A DNA stretch of 63,819 bases, filler included, from Pelomyxa schiedti (lineage: Eukaryota > Protista > Evosea), in NCBI GenBank assembly GCA_020536535.1. It is 9 parts of 9 records of this genome, joined end to end, with 100 filler letters (N's around TTAATTAATTAA, not from the genome) between each part and the next. Parts side by side here need not be neighbours in the genome. Positions count along the whole stretch, not along the records: positions 2,155 to 19,434 come from JAHLWZ010000215.1; positions 19,535 to 21,525 come from JAHLWZ010002185.1; positions 21,626 to 47,946 come from JAHLWZ010000119.1; 6 more parts are not named here. One strand, written 5' to 3'. The notes below the pieces were generated by a model. That model was not told where the DNA came from. It saw nothing but the letters and a program-made list of their open reading frames with translations, and searched no databases. Within the stretch, counting starts at the first letter, position 1; each line of letters starts with the position of its first letter. Shown one piece after another: positions 12,561 to 23,910 of this stretch. Made by a program: the position numbers and the translations under genes.

Positions 12561-13956
12561 ATGAGCGGTGGCACGTGCGGGGACGAAGGGGCGACAGTGG
12601 GCCCAAGGCTTAAGATTGTTGTCCGGAAGTTACCTCACAATTTAAAGAAAGAGGCGTTCCTTGCGGCAGTGGCAGCTCCTGCACCACCATCCCATAATCA
12701 GGCACCACCCTCGCCACTACCACAAACGGCAACGACTGCTACTCCGGGGGGCGATGCTGCAACTCCGGCGACATCGACGGGGGCTCCCCGAGTGACCCAC
12801 AATTTTGCTCATTTCTACTATGTCCCTGGCTCCAAATTGTGGGTTCACGCCAACAAATAATTCCTTCCTCCCTAGTTTCGTCTTGTCATTTTTTGTTATT
12901 ACCTTTTAATTATGGGATTCAGGCACCATCGGCACTCGAGAGCTTATATCACTTTTAAAACTGAACAGGAGTTAATTACGTTTCACGGCACTTTTCATAA
13001 TCACCTTTTTGTTGGGCCAAAAGGTGAGCTTTCTTGCCTATTTGGTATTATTCTTACAAGTTGAACAGGTTCTGAAGAAAGGGCCCAGGTTGAGTATGCA
13101 CCGTATCAGAAATCACCCACAGTTAATAAAGTAGATGAAAAAGAGGGAACCATCGATACAGGTTAATCCCAACACCACTACGCGCAGCCTTATTTATGTA
13201 GACCCCGACTTCACTTCCTTTGTGGAACGTCAGCAGCAGCCGCAGCCAGTTCGTACCACTGTTCTCGATGATAAAGACAAACCAACTGAAATTAAGGGTA
13301 TCATTCTATCAATAACCAATCTAGTTACAATACCTAGAGCAATTATCACCCCTTGTTGAATATCTATTAGCACGCAGGAGTTTCCCACCTCAACCCGTTT
13401 ACAGAGTCTCCAAGAAGGTTGTATCTTTACATTCCCCAGTTACCAACCAGAATAAAAAGAACTCCCCAGTCCTTGAGGGTCCTACTACTACCACAACTAC
13501 TACAAGTTCTAAGCCTGGTGCCAAGATTCTTACAATTACACGCCGCATGAACATCAGCACACCTCAGTCCCCATCACCCGTTGTCACTCCTTCACCCCAA
13601 GCTATCTCACCAATGCCATTACAACCCATCACAATACTGCACCACTCAGGAGCCACTGCAGTCTCACCTACACCCGCATCCGCACCCGCATCAACTCCTA
13701 TGGCTATGCAAAGTACACCCGGTACACAGCCTGGTGACCAGCCAGTTGTACAGTATGTACCGCAATTATGGCAATTCCATTTCTTACACTGGAACAACAG
13801 GGAGTTCCAGGTCAGCGTTGCCCCAGGCAAACCAAAAGTCAGTGTTGTAAAAATAACCAGGTACTGATGGTCGAATCCCAATCACTTTTCCTTCCAGTCT
13901 CTGTACCAACAAGGAAACTCGCTCCTCTTCCAAAATCGTGGCAGTATCACAAGTAA
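12561..13956 (+). CDS. UPF3: Nonsense-mediated decay factor UPF3 (Smg4/UPF3 domain), multi-exon
   Basis: LKIVVRKLPHNL..FYYVPG..SRAYITFK..F..TFHNHLFVGPK|..AQVEYAPYQK..EGTIDT|DPDFTSFV. Confidence 0.85.
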
Positions 13957-14021
13957 TTTAAATTTTTTGGAAAAGGAAAAGTAACTCAATGCTCCAAAAC
14001 GGTTGGTTTTTTTTTTTTTTT

Positions 14022-15054
14022 TTACATCAGAGAACACTTTTGTGATGAAGAGGGAATTGTTGGTGGCATCAGTTGCTTGGGGTCCAGTCCAAGATGCAAA
14101 ACTCCCCTCGTCACCTCTGTGTTGTTGTTAATTTCACACTTGTGGGTGCTTGTGTGGTACTTACCCTCGAAAACATCATCAACCTGTAGCCGTGTTTTGG
14201 CACAGGTCTCAAAGAAAGGCAGGTTCAATGATGTGGCCAGTGACACCCCTTGTTCCACTGTCACTTGTCTCTGGGGTTCAAGGTCTACTTTGTTGCCCAC
14301 TATCACACCTGTGATGGGTTGTTGGCAGCTTTCCTCTTTCTTCTATATTTCTATTTAGTGCTGGGTGTGTTTGTTGGTTTGATATGAGATATATTTAATT
14401 AACTAGAGACAGTGTTCGGGTGGCGCATACATGCAAATGCAGATCCGGTTTTAGCCTTAAGTCCGGCGATGCGGTCATACAATGGGCGTACTTGGTTGAA
14501 GGAAATGCTGGATGTGATAGAGTACACAATCACGAAGCCCGGCGTCGCTTCGATGTACCTGTCCTGCATAAGCGTATACTCTTCATATAACGGTGCGGCA
14601 TTGTGTATCTCAACGCAGCAAGGAATGTCGTCGATGGTAATATATTTCCGCTTTGTGGAATTAGCAGAGAACAAACTTAAGTATTAAAAATGCTCTGCTA
14701 GGAGTATTTAATTATTAGCCGTCAATAAAAGAAAGTACCCAAACGTCGTCAAGTGATGGGTCATACTCCGCGAGACTGCGAAAGATAGTAAGAGAGTGGT
14801 GGCTTTTTTTTTTTGGGTACTTACAAACGCTGTTGCACGTATTGTACGCACAAGGCGGATTTGCCAACGTAGGGTTCCCCTGCGATAACCAACACCCTGA
14901 TGAATGGTGTTGTTTGTGTTGTTGGTGTGGTTTGTTGGTCGGATGGTGGTGAACATGCGCATGAGACTGTGGTTGTGGCCCCTCTGGGTGGCCGGTACGA
15001 CGCCGCTGAGGTAGGAACATATTGTGATGTGAAGACACAACCACCGGCGGCCAT
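14022..15054 (-). CDS. Ras-family small GTPase with atypical G1/G3 motifs and C-terminal CaaX; start approximate
   Basis: GEPYVGKSAL (G1), EYDPSLDD (G2), VEIHNAAPLYEEY (degenerate G3), GNKVD (G4), ETCAK (G5), C-terminal CSLM. Confidence 0.85.
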
Positions 15055-15114
15055 CAGACAGCGCGAGCTTCCTTGAACAACAACAACACAAAAAAAAACC
15101 AAGCGGTTCACGTC

Positions 15115-17223
15115 ATGAGCGGGGGTGCTCGGCAGCGCATTGCTGTCTTCGCGGGTGTGTGGGTTTTTTTTTTTTTTTGTTGGAATGGCAACTCCATAGT
15201 TCCCTCGCACACACACATACACATACACATGGCTGCGTAATTGGCCAACACACCAAGGTAGGTAGTTTCAACCCACCGACGTACGCCCACGTTGCGATTG
15301 CGGACCTCCTGGCACGTGACTTCGACCGGGTTGTTGTGGTGCCAACTGGGCCTGACCCTCGGTGCCCCACTGATGACTACATTCCGCTGGCGCACAGGGC
15401 TGCTTTGGTCGATGTGGCTTTTGCTCGTGACAGTCTAGTATGTAGAACAAATGGTTTAGTAGTACTTTTTTGTAAGTTTAAACAGCTGGGGTATTGATGT
15501 ATTGACCTAAAGCAAGGTTCTGGCTGGGAGCACAACGGGACTTAAAAGTGGGAAGATTACTGTTGATTTGTTTGACTTGGAAGCTAAGAGCTTCACACCC
15601 TCTGGAGAGCTTATTAACAAGTATGAAGCTGATGGTGATGTATGGTTGGCAGTCGGGATTGACCTCGCTGCGCGGACTGTTGTGCCACTACCATCTGGCG
15701 AACATGTTGTTCCGAGTATTATTGAAGCCAAGTGGAACAACGGGGATCGATTGTGGTCGGAAAAAAGGTTCGTTATCATTCAAAGAGACTCCAAACCTAC
15801 ACCCCCAGCCACACTTCTGCCGCCAGCTCATATACTTCTGCCTCCTGTCCTCGGGATGGCTCAAGGTACTTTCTTCAAGGCAAGCTATGTCTAATCTTCA
15901 ACAGAGAAGGTGAGAGAAGAGCTGTTCAACCACAGGCCTTGCCACCCGTATGTGCCCCCTCGTGTGGCTGCATACATTCACCAATATTCGCTTTACTGTG
16001 GCGTTCCACCCCCAGTAACAACACCGGCCACACTTACACATATTAATGCACTTCTTGTGCACGATCCCTCAAACCCCAAAGCAGAAGCAATAAGGGTGCT
16101 CCTTACCAAACTTGGCGTAAAAGTATGCACCACACTACCTTCCCCAACTGCCGAATCTCCCACAGAATTACCCAACGTTGTCATTGTTGCTGGTGGTGAT
16201 GGAATGATGCTGCATGCCATCCGGTCACACTGGCGTCTTCGTATTCCTTTCTTGGGGATCAACTGTGGGCATGTTGGATTTTTATTGAATGAACCTGATG
16301 CCGTTTTTTCACTTGAAGCCACCAGTTGTACACCTATAGACTGGCCCAGTTTAGCCTCATCGTTTAGCTCTGCTGCTCTTCCAACACCTCCACCCCTTCC
16401 AACACCAGTTTCTTCAACAACCACAACAGCTGAACCTCCCCTTCCAACTCCATCCTGTAGTGCTGCAACACTAACCCGGACCCCAAACCTTCGCCGTATT
16501 GTAGGACCAAACGAACTCACCATTCACAAGCTTCCACTGCTGTTTGTTGAGGCTATTCAATCTTCTCCAACCTCCTCATCAGAGCCGATTGTCCGGCAAC
16601 TTGCATTTAACGACGTCTGGGTAGAGCGATCAACAGGCCAGACTGCTTGGATGGAATTATCCGTAAATGGAGAAATCAGAATTCCAAAGCTAATAGCTGA
16701 TGGACTGCTTATTAGCACAGCAGCCGGAAGTACCGCTTACGCACAAGCCATGGGTGCATGCCCTATACCAGTTGGCTGCCCGCTACTATGCGTTGTGGGT
16801 AATAATGTAGCATTCCCATTGTCCTGGTACGCAATTCCTTTCCAAAATTCATCACCGGAAATAACATATTATATTATATCATTTTATATTCCCAAACCAA
16901 ACAATGTCCGCCTGAGCGGCTTACAATAGAATAGAATTCTACCCCGCCATAATTATTTTTAACAAACAAACCAAATATATACTGAACCCTAATTCCTTAT
17001 ACACAGGAAATGTGCATATCTACCTCTCGACGCGGAAATCACGATCAAGAGCGTAGACCCGGCGAAGCGTCCCATAAGGGGCTTTGTTGACGGGCTTGAA
17101 ATGGGCAATCTACTTACTCTGAGGCTGCGGGCCAGCAGCATCGCCGACTGCAGCCTCCTGTTCCTCAAATCACACGACATGGTCACCAAGCTCAGCCGCC
17201 TTCAATTCCCTCACACACTGTAA
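15115..17223 (+). CDS. Fusion of a nicotinate/nicotinamide-nucleotide adenylyltransferase-like domain (NadD/NMNAT) and NAD kinase (NadK); multi-exon
   Basis: Spliced MSGGARQRIAVFA|GSFNPPTYAH..HRAALV..VREEL..YVPPRVAAYIHQYSLY, then in the same ORF VAGGDGMML, FLGINCGHVGFLLN, FNDVWV, ADGLLISTAAGSTAY; last exon ends ..LQFPHTL* at 17223. Confidence 0.88.
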
Positions 17224-17332
17224 CTCTAATACCACCCAGAGACCGAGAAGTTTGATTGATTGATTCACGTAATTTTTTTTCCCTTTTATCATTGACTGAT
17301 GTCGTGGTATGTAAGGAGGCCTACCAATTCTC

Positions 17333-17613
17333 TCAGTCGTGGGTGTGGGAGCCCACGAGGCGCATGAGAAGTTGAAGTATGAAGGGGTCCTGACTCAGCT
17401 TCATTATGCAGGGTGGGTCCCGGCATAACTCCTGGATAGTAGGGGAGTGCTGTTCCAGTAGAAACTTAGCTATTGACGTGTGTTCGGCTGCACAGGCTCG
17501 GCGGATGCACGCCACAGCTTGTGATTGGGCAATCTCGGGGTAGTTGACAGATATCCACTTGACAGCTGCCATGTTTCCGTTGGAGGTGTATATTTCCAGT
17601 GGTGTGCGTGGGC
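17333..17613 (-). CDS. C-terminal fragment of an ankyrin-like repeat protein (cut by N gap)
   Basis: AAVKWISVNY..AVACIRRACAAEHTSIAKFLLEQ is ankyrin-like. Confidence 0.45.
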
Positions 17614-17713
17614 NNNNNNNNNNNNNNNNNNNNNNNNNNNNNNNNNNNNNNNNNNNNNNNNNNNNNNNNNNNNNNNNNNNNNNNNNNNNNNNNNNNNNNN
17701 NNNNNNNNNNNNN

Positions 17714-19434
17714 ACCCCCATTGTGTTTGGTATTCCCATTGCAGTTGCTGCATTTAAAAATGGAAAGTATCCCATTCCTCTGGCAAAGATTGTGGAATAT
17801 CTCAGAAGTGTTAAAGGTGGATCTCTTTTCTTTGACAGATGAATCTTATAGCAACAAGCCAACACCGTTGACGGTATTTTCAGGCTGAGTGCCGCTACAA
17901 CATCCATACAGCGAGCGAAAGAAGCTTTTGATAGAGGTATACCCGTTTCAAGTCCATACCGTATGAGTAATCTGTCAATAAGGGGAAATTCCAGTGTATG
18001 ATGATGTCCTTACCGCAGCTAACCTTCTGAAATTGTACTTTATGGAGCTTCCCGATTGCCTTCTTACATATGAACTATATGATTCGTTTCTAGAAGCTGG
18101 AAGTATGGCCCGCTGTGTAATGGTCAATGGTTTACTTTCCCTACAGGGCAACAGAACACTATTGTTCCTCTATTGAAGGGGCTAGTCAACAAACTACCGC
18201 GGGCGAATCAATACAGTCTTGCTCATCTATTGGAACTTTTGGCGTGGGTTAGTACAATTACCTTCTTTCATGAGCAAGAAATATTATTAATTAGTTACCT
18301 TCTCAGATTGCAGCCAGTTCAGATAAGAATAAAATGAACAGCTACAACTTGGCGGTTGTATTTGGACCCACTCTCCTACACAACAAGGAAGACAATGCCA
18401 TGATGCAAAGCAGCACAATTAACTTTGTGTGCCAGTCCCTTATTGATGACTACACCCAAATTTTCGCGGTAATGTCATGCAACCCAGCATTACATTTTTA
18501 ATAATCAATAATTTAGGGTCTTGATACTTCCATTCCACTTGATCCCCCCCAAATCCCTTGAACAGAAGTGTTTGAGAACCAAACCATATTATTATTGAGA
18601 ACATACAAAAAATTCCCCACAAAAAGTGGGTTTGTTTTACATTTACACTCTTCTTGGTTCTAGAAGGAAAACGGAACAACTTGAAGTTGGAAGAGGTAGG
18701 GGGGAAGTGCAGTATGGTTGTACAGTTACAGACGAGAATGCTGGTATTCTCTTGACCTTGGATTCTTGGTTTTTTTTTGGGTTTGTTGGCTTGGTTCTAT
18801 GCTTAGTGTGTTTTGTAACTGATGTTGAGGTTGATGTTGATGTTGGTGCTGGTGACGGCGTTGGTGTTGGCGTTGGTGTTGGCGTTGGTGTTGGCGTTGG
18901 TGTTGGTGTTGGTGTTGGTGTTGTGTGTGAGATACTAGGTGGTCCCTTTTGGTGGGGCCGTTGGTGTGGCCGTGACTGCAACTGTGGCTGTGGTTGTGGT
19001 TGCTGTTGTGATTGCGGCTGTGGTTGCGGTTGTAGTTGTAGTTGTTGTGGTTGGGATTGGGGTTGGAGTTGGAGTTGGGGTGGGAAGGAGCCCTCGGGTT
19101 CAATTTTTGGTTTTGCCTCATATCCAGTTGTGGTGCTGGGTTCTGATGGCTTATTAGTGGCAAACCGCCTGACAAAGCTGCTAACACGAGATTCAGAAGA
19201 CTGCTGGGAGCATAAGTCCTATTTATTAAAAGAAATACATACTTTCATCATTTGCTCCCATGTAGAAAGTGAGAGGATGCTGCTTTGTTCGCATAAGGTT
19301 GATATTTCTGTCAGTGTAAATGAAACAGAAATGACGGAGTGTAATACCTTTGGCTTTCTGAAGACCTTGGTTGTAACCAATGATAAACCTTTTTTGGTGG
19401 TGAAAACACTATCATTCCCCCTTCAGGGACATAC
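17714..19434. repeat. Near-identical second copy of 5327-7066 (3' half of RhoGAP plus 3' end of PT-tail gene); probably an alternate haplotype
   Basis: Colinear over ~1.7 kb with scattered SNPs and microsatellite length changes; lies after a 100-N gap at the scaffold end. Confidence 0.9.
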
Positions 19435-19545
19435 NNNNNNNNNNNNNNNNNNNNNNNNNNNNNNNNNNNNNNNNNNNNTTAATTAATTAANNNNNNNNNN
19501 NNNNNNNNNNNNNNNNNNNNNNNNNNNNNNNNNNGAAAAGCTTTC

Positions 19546-20265
19546 ATGGCCACAAACCTCCCATTGCCCATGGTAAACTTACACCAGGTGACAGTCGGTC
19601 TTCTCACAAACAACTACTTACCAACCAACTCAGAAAACATCATTGTGCTGTCACTAGGCAAGTCTGGAAAGGGGAACAGGTCCTTGGGCAAAGGTACTTG
19701 GGCAAAGGTTGTTGTGTTGGAACCCTTTCTTTTTTTTCTAATGGTGGCTTGATAATCAGATCAAGTACTCTGGCTGGCCCACTACACAGCCAATGTCACC
19801 AGAGGATGTTACTTTCTTGTCCCCAGAAGTTCTCTGCAGCACCCAGGAGACATCTGTTGATTGTGGCTCCCCCTCTGCTGATGTTTGGAGCTTTGGTGAG
19901 CAAACTTCTGAAACCACCTCATTCTATCAAATCTCACCATTGTAATTTCAGGAATTACAGCCTCCCTGCTTTTGGACCCTCTGAAACGGCCATATGAACA
20001 CCTCAGAACAAACAAGAAATACCTGTTCACAGACTACTCTGTATCCCCACCCTGCCACAACTGCCTCTACCCAATGGCGATTGGCCTTGACCTCATCAGA
20101 GGCAAAATCACACCCTTCCCCAGTCGTCCTCCTCCTTCATCCTCACCACCACAACCCCTTCTGTGGCGATTGGGCCATCAGATGACGACGCTGTGCCTGG
20201 ACCCCAATCCTGCCACCAGATCAATACACACCATTGTCAGAGTGTGGGATTACTTCTTGCCTTGA
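19546..20265 (+). CDS. Hypothetical protein fragment(s)
   Basis: Protein-like reading ..HLRTNKKYLFTDYSV..TIVRVWDYFLP*; frames discontinuous; no family recognised. Confidence 0.3.
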
Positions 20266-20321
20266 GAACCAGGCCCTTATTGTTGCATCCACTGTGGGAT
20301 ATTTTTTTTGGATATTCTTCT

Positions 20322-21253
20322 TCAAAAAAAAATAAATGGGATATTCATATCTATTCTTGCAAGCCGGCCATTTACCTTCGTGGTGAATATGTTATCACAT
20401 AGCTTGGTTCTCTCCCCAGTCCAGAGGCTCACAGCAAACGCGCAGTTCCCTCCCTCATGCACCACCACGGGGTGCCCACTGTCATCCATAAAAATGAACG
20501 GGTAGCAGCACCACAGTACTCCCTCGGGGTCCCCTGAGAAACCCTTCTCCCTCACAATGACAAGTGACCCAGCAGAGAAGCTCCTGGCCAGGTCCACCGT
20601 CAGCAAAGTGTCCCTGGGCCGGTCCGTCTTAGGCTGGGCTGCCCCAAAGCCAAACACCATTGAAGCCTCGTCACCCTCCCCCTCGATGAGGGCAGGCTCA
20701 GAGTGCGAGAACACAACGTCGAGGTCTCTCATCTCCGTGTCCCTCACAGGGACTGTGACAGGCACCCATGGAAACCCCTGCGCCTGGCCCCCGTCAGCTG
20801 TTTTATTTTCCACCCTTTGCACGTGGAGCTGCTTGCCGTCCCACGCCACGCCCATTTGTGGTTGCCCCAGCAGGGCAGCACAGGAGGGCAGGGGATGGGG
20901 TCGACCCTGGGCTGGGGGCCCCGCGAGAAGTCGAAGATGTAGAGAGCTCGGGCACTTCTGAGGGTGGCCAGCAGCCTGTCTGGATCCAGCCAGCACAGCA
21001 GCGAGTGGTTTGGGGTCCACAAGTTGGTCTCGCTGGTGCTGACGACGCCGAGGGTGGGCCCGATCGACACAACCGTCGAGAACTCCAACTTGGTGTGGAC
21101 TATGAAGCGCCGGACGGGTGTGAGCACCCAGCGCTCGGCTAAGTCCCTCGCCACGTCGTTTGTGAGGCGGTTTGCCCCGCACGAACAGATTGTGGGTTGT
21201 GACGGGCTCAAAGCGAGCAACATGGTGAGGGCTTGGTCTCGGGCGTCGAGCAC
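20322..21253 (-). pseudogene. Frameshifted member of expanded family 1 (xDQ..PxCG motif plus beta-rich body)
   Basis: Frame 1 ARDQALTMLLA..RWVLTP..IGPTLGVV..NHKW; frame 2 VAWDGKQLHVQRV..VDLARSFSAGSLVIV; one missing base near 20850 joins them; an in-frame TAA follows the nearest upstream ATG. Confidence 0.6.
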
Positions 21254-21625
21254 CCGGTCGATTGTTATGTGTCCTTAGTGCATTTCAAAACTATTTTCAA
21301 AATTTCTATTGTTTTGAAAAAAGCAAAACAAGGTCCTGACTTCGAGTGTGGGAACCACGTTGTCGGGAACACGGTGGTAACGTGGTTCCAACTAGCAGGG
21401 TCAGTTAGTCAATCACAGCCACAACAAGCCTCATGATGTGTGGGTGGACTGTCTTGGAGATCATACTGCATCCTGGGTGAATTGACTTGGAACAAGACCA
21501 GCAATCTGGGAGTGCTCATCAGAGANNNNNNNNNNNNNNNNNNNNNNNNNNNNNNNNNNNNNNNNNNNNTTAATTAATTAANNNNNNNNNNNNNNNNNNN
21601 NNNNNNNNNNNNNNNNNNNNNNNNN

Positions 21626-22262
21626 TAGTTGCGTTTAGTTACCCATTTCAAACCATGGTGGATGATGGCGCACAGGTCAGCAAAGGTGTCTCCCACGATG
21701 CTCCTCGTGTTGGAGTACCTCGTCATTCCATCCTCGACTGAAGGAACTTCGCCCTGTTTTGTGTGACATGTCAGCAAAGGAACGAACGAAGAGGGAGGAG
21801 GTGAAGAGAGGGAACGGAACAACAAGATAAAATGGGGAGGGGGGGAGGTGAGGAACAAACTGTCTTTGGGTAAATTCGGACGGCCACGATGAGGGAGTCA
21901 GGGATGAGTACGTCCACGACGTGTTGGTCGGTTGTCAGCCTCACCCCAGCTTCTCTTACTGCTGGATGTCCACTTTTCTGTGGGTCTCCTATATTCAAGA
22001 CCTCGGTATGCACCACGTTCGCCACGGGAACGCTGTACGTGCCTGCCTCTGCCTGGAAGAACCGCTCGAGGGGTCCCTCGCCATTGCTTACGTCCTTTGA
22101 CAACAACCTCTTGAACATCTTTGCTGGGGTTTTGCTTGTTTGTTTGGTTGCTTGGTTGCTTGTTTTCTTGCTTGGGTTTTTTGAAGCTTTGTTGGCGGTT
22201 TTGTCTCTTTTTAAGCTTAAAAGGGGAAGTAACTTTTCGACAAATTCCCGAACTTTCCTCAT
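21626..22262 (-). CDS. Hypothetical protein, 3'-truncated by contig end, at least one intron
   Basis: ATG at 22262, ORF MRKVREFVEKLL..VAVRIYPK, continuing after a probable intron as ..TRSIVGDTFADLCAIIHHGLKW. Confidence 0.45.
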
Positions 22263-22669
22263 TTGGCAAAATATGATATGAACAAAAGAAACAATAGCAG
22301 TTGCTGTGAGCAGGTTTTTTGTAGGAAATCAATTTTGGGAACTCTAGCCGTTGGCGGCAAAAGTGCTTTCTCGGAGCAACCGCTCAACAGTTGGATCAGG
22401 AATTTTTTTTTATTCAGCCAGTTGAGGTTAAAGCAACTTGTGTTTGTTCTGGTCTCGGGGCTGAGAATAGAGAGAACAAGGTTCGTTCTATTATGCCTAC
22501 CATTCACTGCTTGCTGTATTCGTGCGTCCATCTGCGCTGCGTGTTGATCGGCATTACAGTGGTTGTGATGTGTCCTTTCCATCTGCCAACACAGCTCTGT
22601 TCCTTCATGAGACCCATCAGCCCACTCCCTCTCTGAACGCAAACGTGGTTGGGTTGGTGTGCTAATGTG

Positions 22670-23110
22670 CATCTGAATCGGAGCGAACCGGAGTACAGGG
22701 GTAAGTTCAGATGGTTCAGAGTAAATCGCGGCAATTGGAGCGACCTGGAGAAGGCGAAGAAACAGGAGCAGAACGGAGTAAAGCGATGGTCAGCCTAGTA
22801 AGATGAAGCAAAACGGGGAAAAACGGAGCAAAAGGGCGCAAAACGGAGCGAAGACGGAGGGGAACGGAGTAAACCGAAGCGAAACGGAGCGAAGCCAGAG
22901 TAAAACAGAGCAACCAGCATTGGCACTGAGCTGGTCTGCTGTGTTCATCAGGTTGGTAGTGATTGCCAGTGGGGGGTCGGAGTGAACGGGGAAAATCGGA
23001 GTGAACCAGGTTGATTCGGGGTGGATCAGAGTGAGCAGAGCAAAACCGGGTGAACCGCAGTGAATCTGGGTGAACCAGGGTGAGCCGCAGTGAAACCGAG
23101 TGGACAGGAG
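22670..23110 (+). repeat. Degenerate 10-bp-period purine-rich tandem array (units like AAACGGAGCA / TGAACCGGAG)
   Basis: aaacggggaa aaacggagca aaagggcgca aaacggagcg (22811-22850); tgaaccgcag tgaatctggg tgaaccaggg tgagccgcag (23051-23090). Confidence 0.75.
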
Positions 23111-23814
23111 TAGACTGTCGCAGTCAGGGCCATCGAAGCGAACCAGAGGGAGTGGGGCTGACAGGTGCAGACGGCACAGATTGGTGTGGATCGGGGCACC
23201 CGAATTAGTGCAAAATAGGATTGCAGTGCAGATTGGCATGGGATCGAACTGACGAATATCGGCGTTACAAGTACAGTTGAATGATCCGGTACTGTATGTC
23301 ATGGGTGCTTCCTGGTCCGAGCCTACTCATTCTCTCCCAGCACCATGGTGAGATCTAAATTAGTCTTACACCGGCCAGAATTATGTCTCTCCTTGGGTGC
23401 TGCACGTGGTTTGGGAATTTTGGGATGCCCTCCTTTCAGTAGAGCCCTCCTTCGCTACCTGTCTCATTACATTCCCCCGTGTGATCTCACTAGTTTCCTT
23501 TTCCATCTCTCCCAATATCGCCCTTCCCAAGTCGGATTGCCTGTCATCATTATTACTCTTGCTCTCAGTTGCGCGTTGGCAACAAAGTCCTCAGTAGAGG
23601 CTGTCTCTTGGGCTGTGACCTGCTCCTCAATTCTGCTCAGCCTTGATGCCCCGTGGGAGTAGCCCTACTCCAACTCTGCCCTTGCTCCATGCTCTATTGT
23701 GGGTCCCTTGTCTGGTCAGCAGTATATTCCTGTGTGCTTGCCTCCTCGTCCTCATCCTTGATCCCTTTCCATGTGCTGGGGTCCTCAATATCCCTCTCCT
23801 CCTTCTCCTACCTT

Positions 23815-23910
23815 CCTCCTTCTACCGAGGAGCAACTCCTCCTTCTATCGAAGAGTGGTTTCCTATCCTCCTTCTATCAAGGACATGGTCCTCCTTCTAC
23901 CGAGGATGTT
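23815..23910 (+). repeat. Short imperfect tandem repeat with core CTCCTTCTAYCRAGG
   Basis: About four copies of the core separated by ~8-14 variable nt. Confidence 0.6.
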
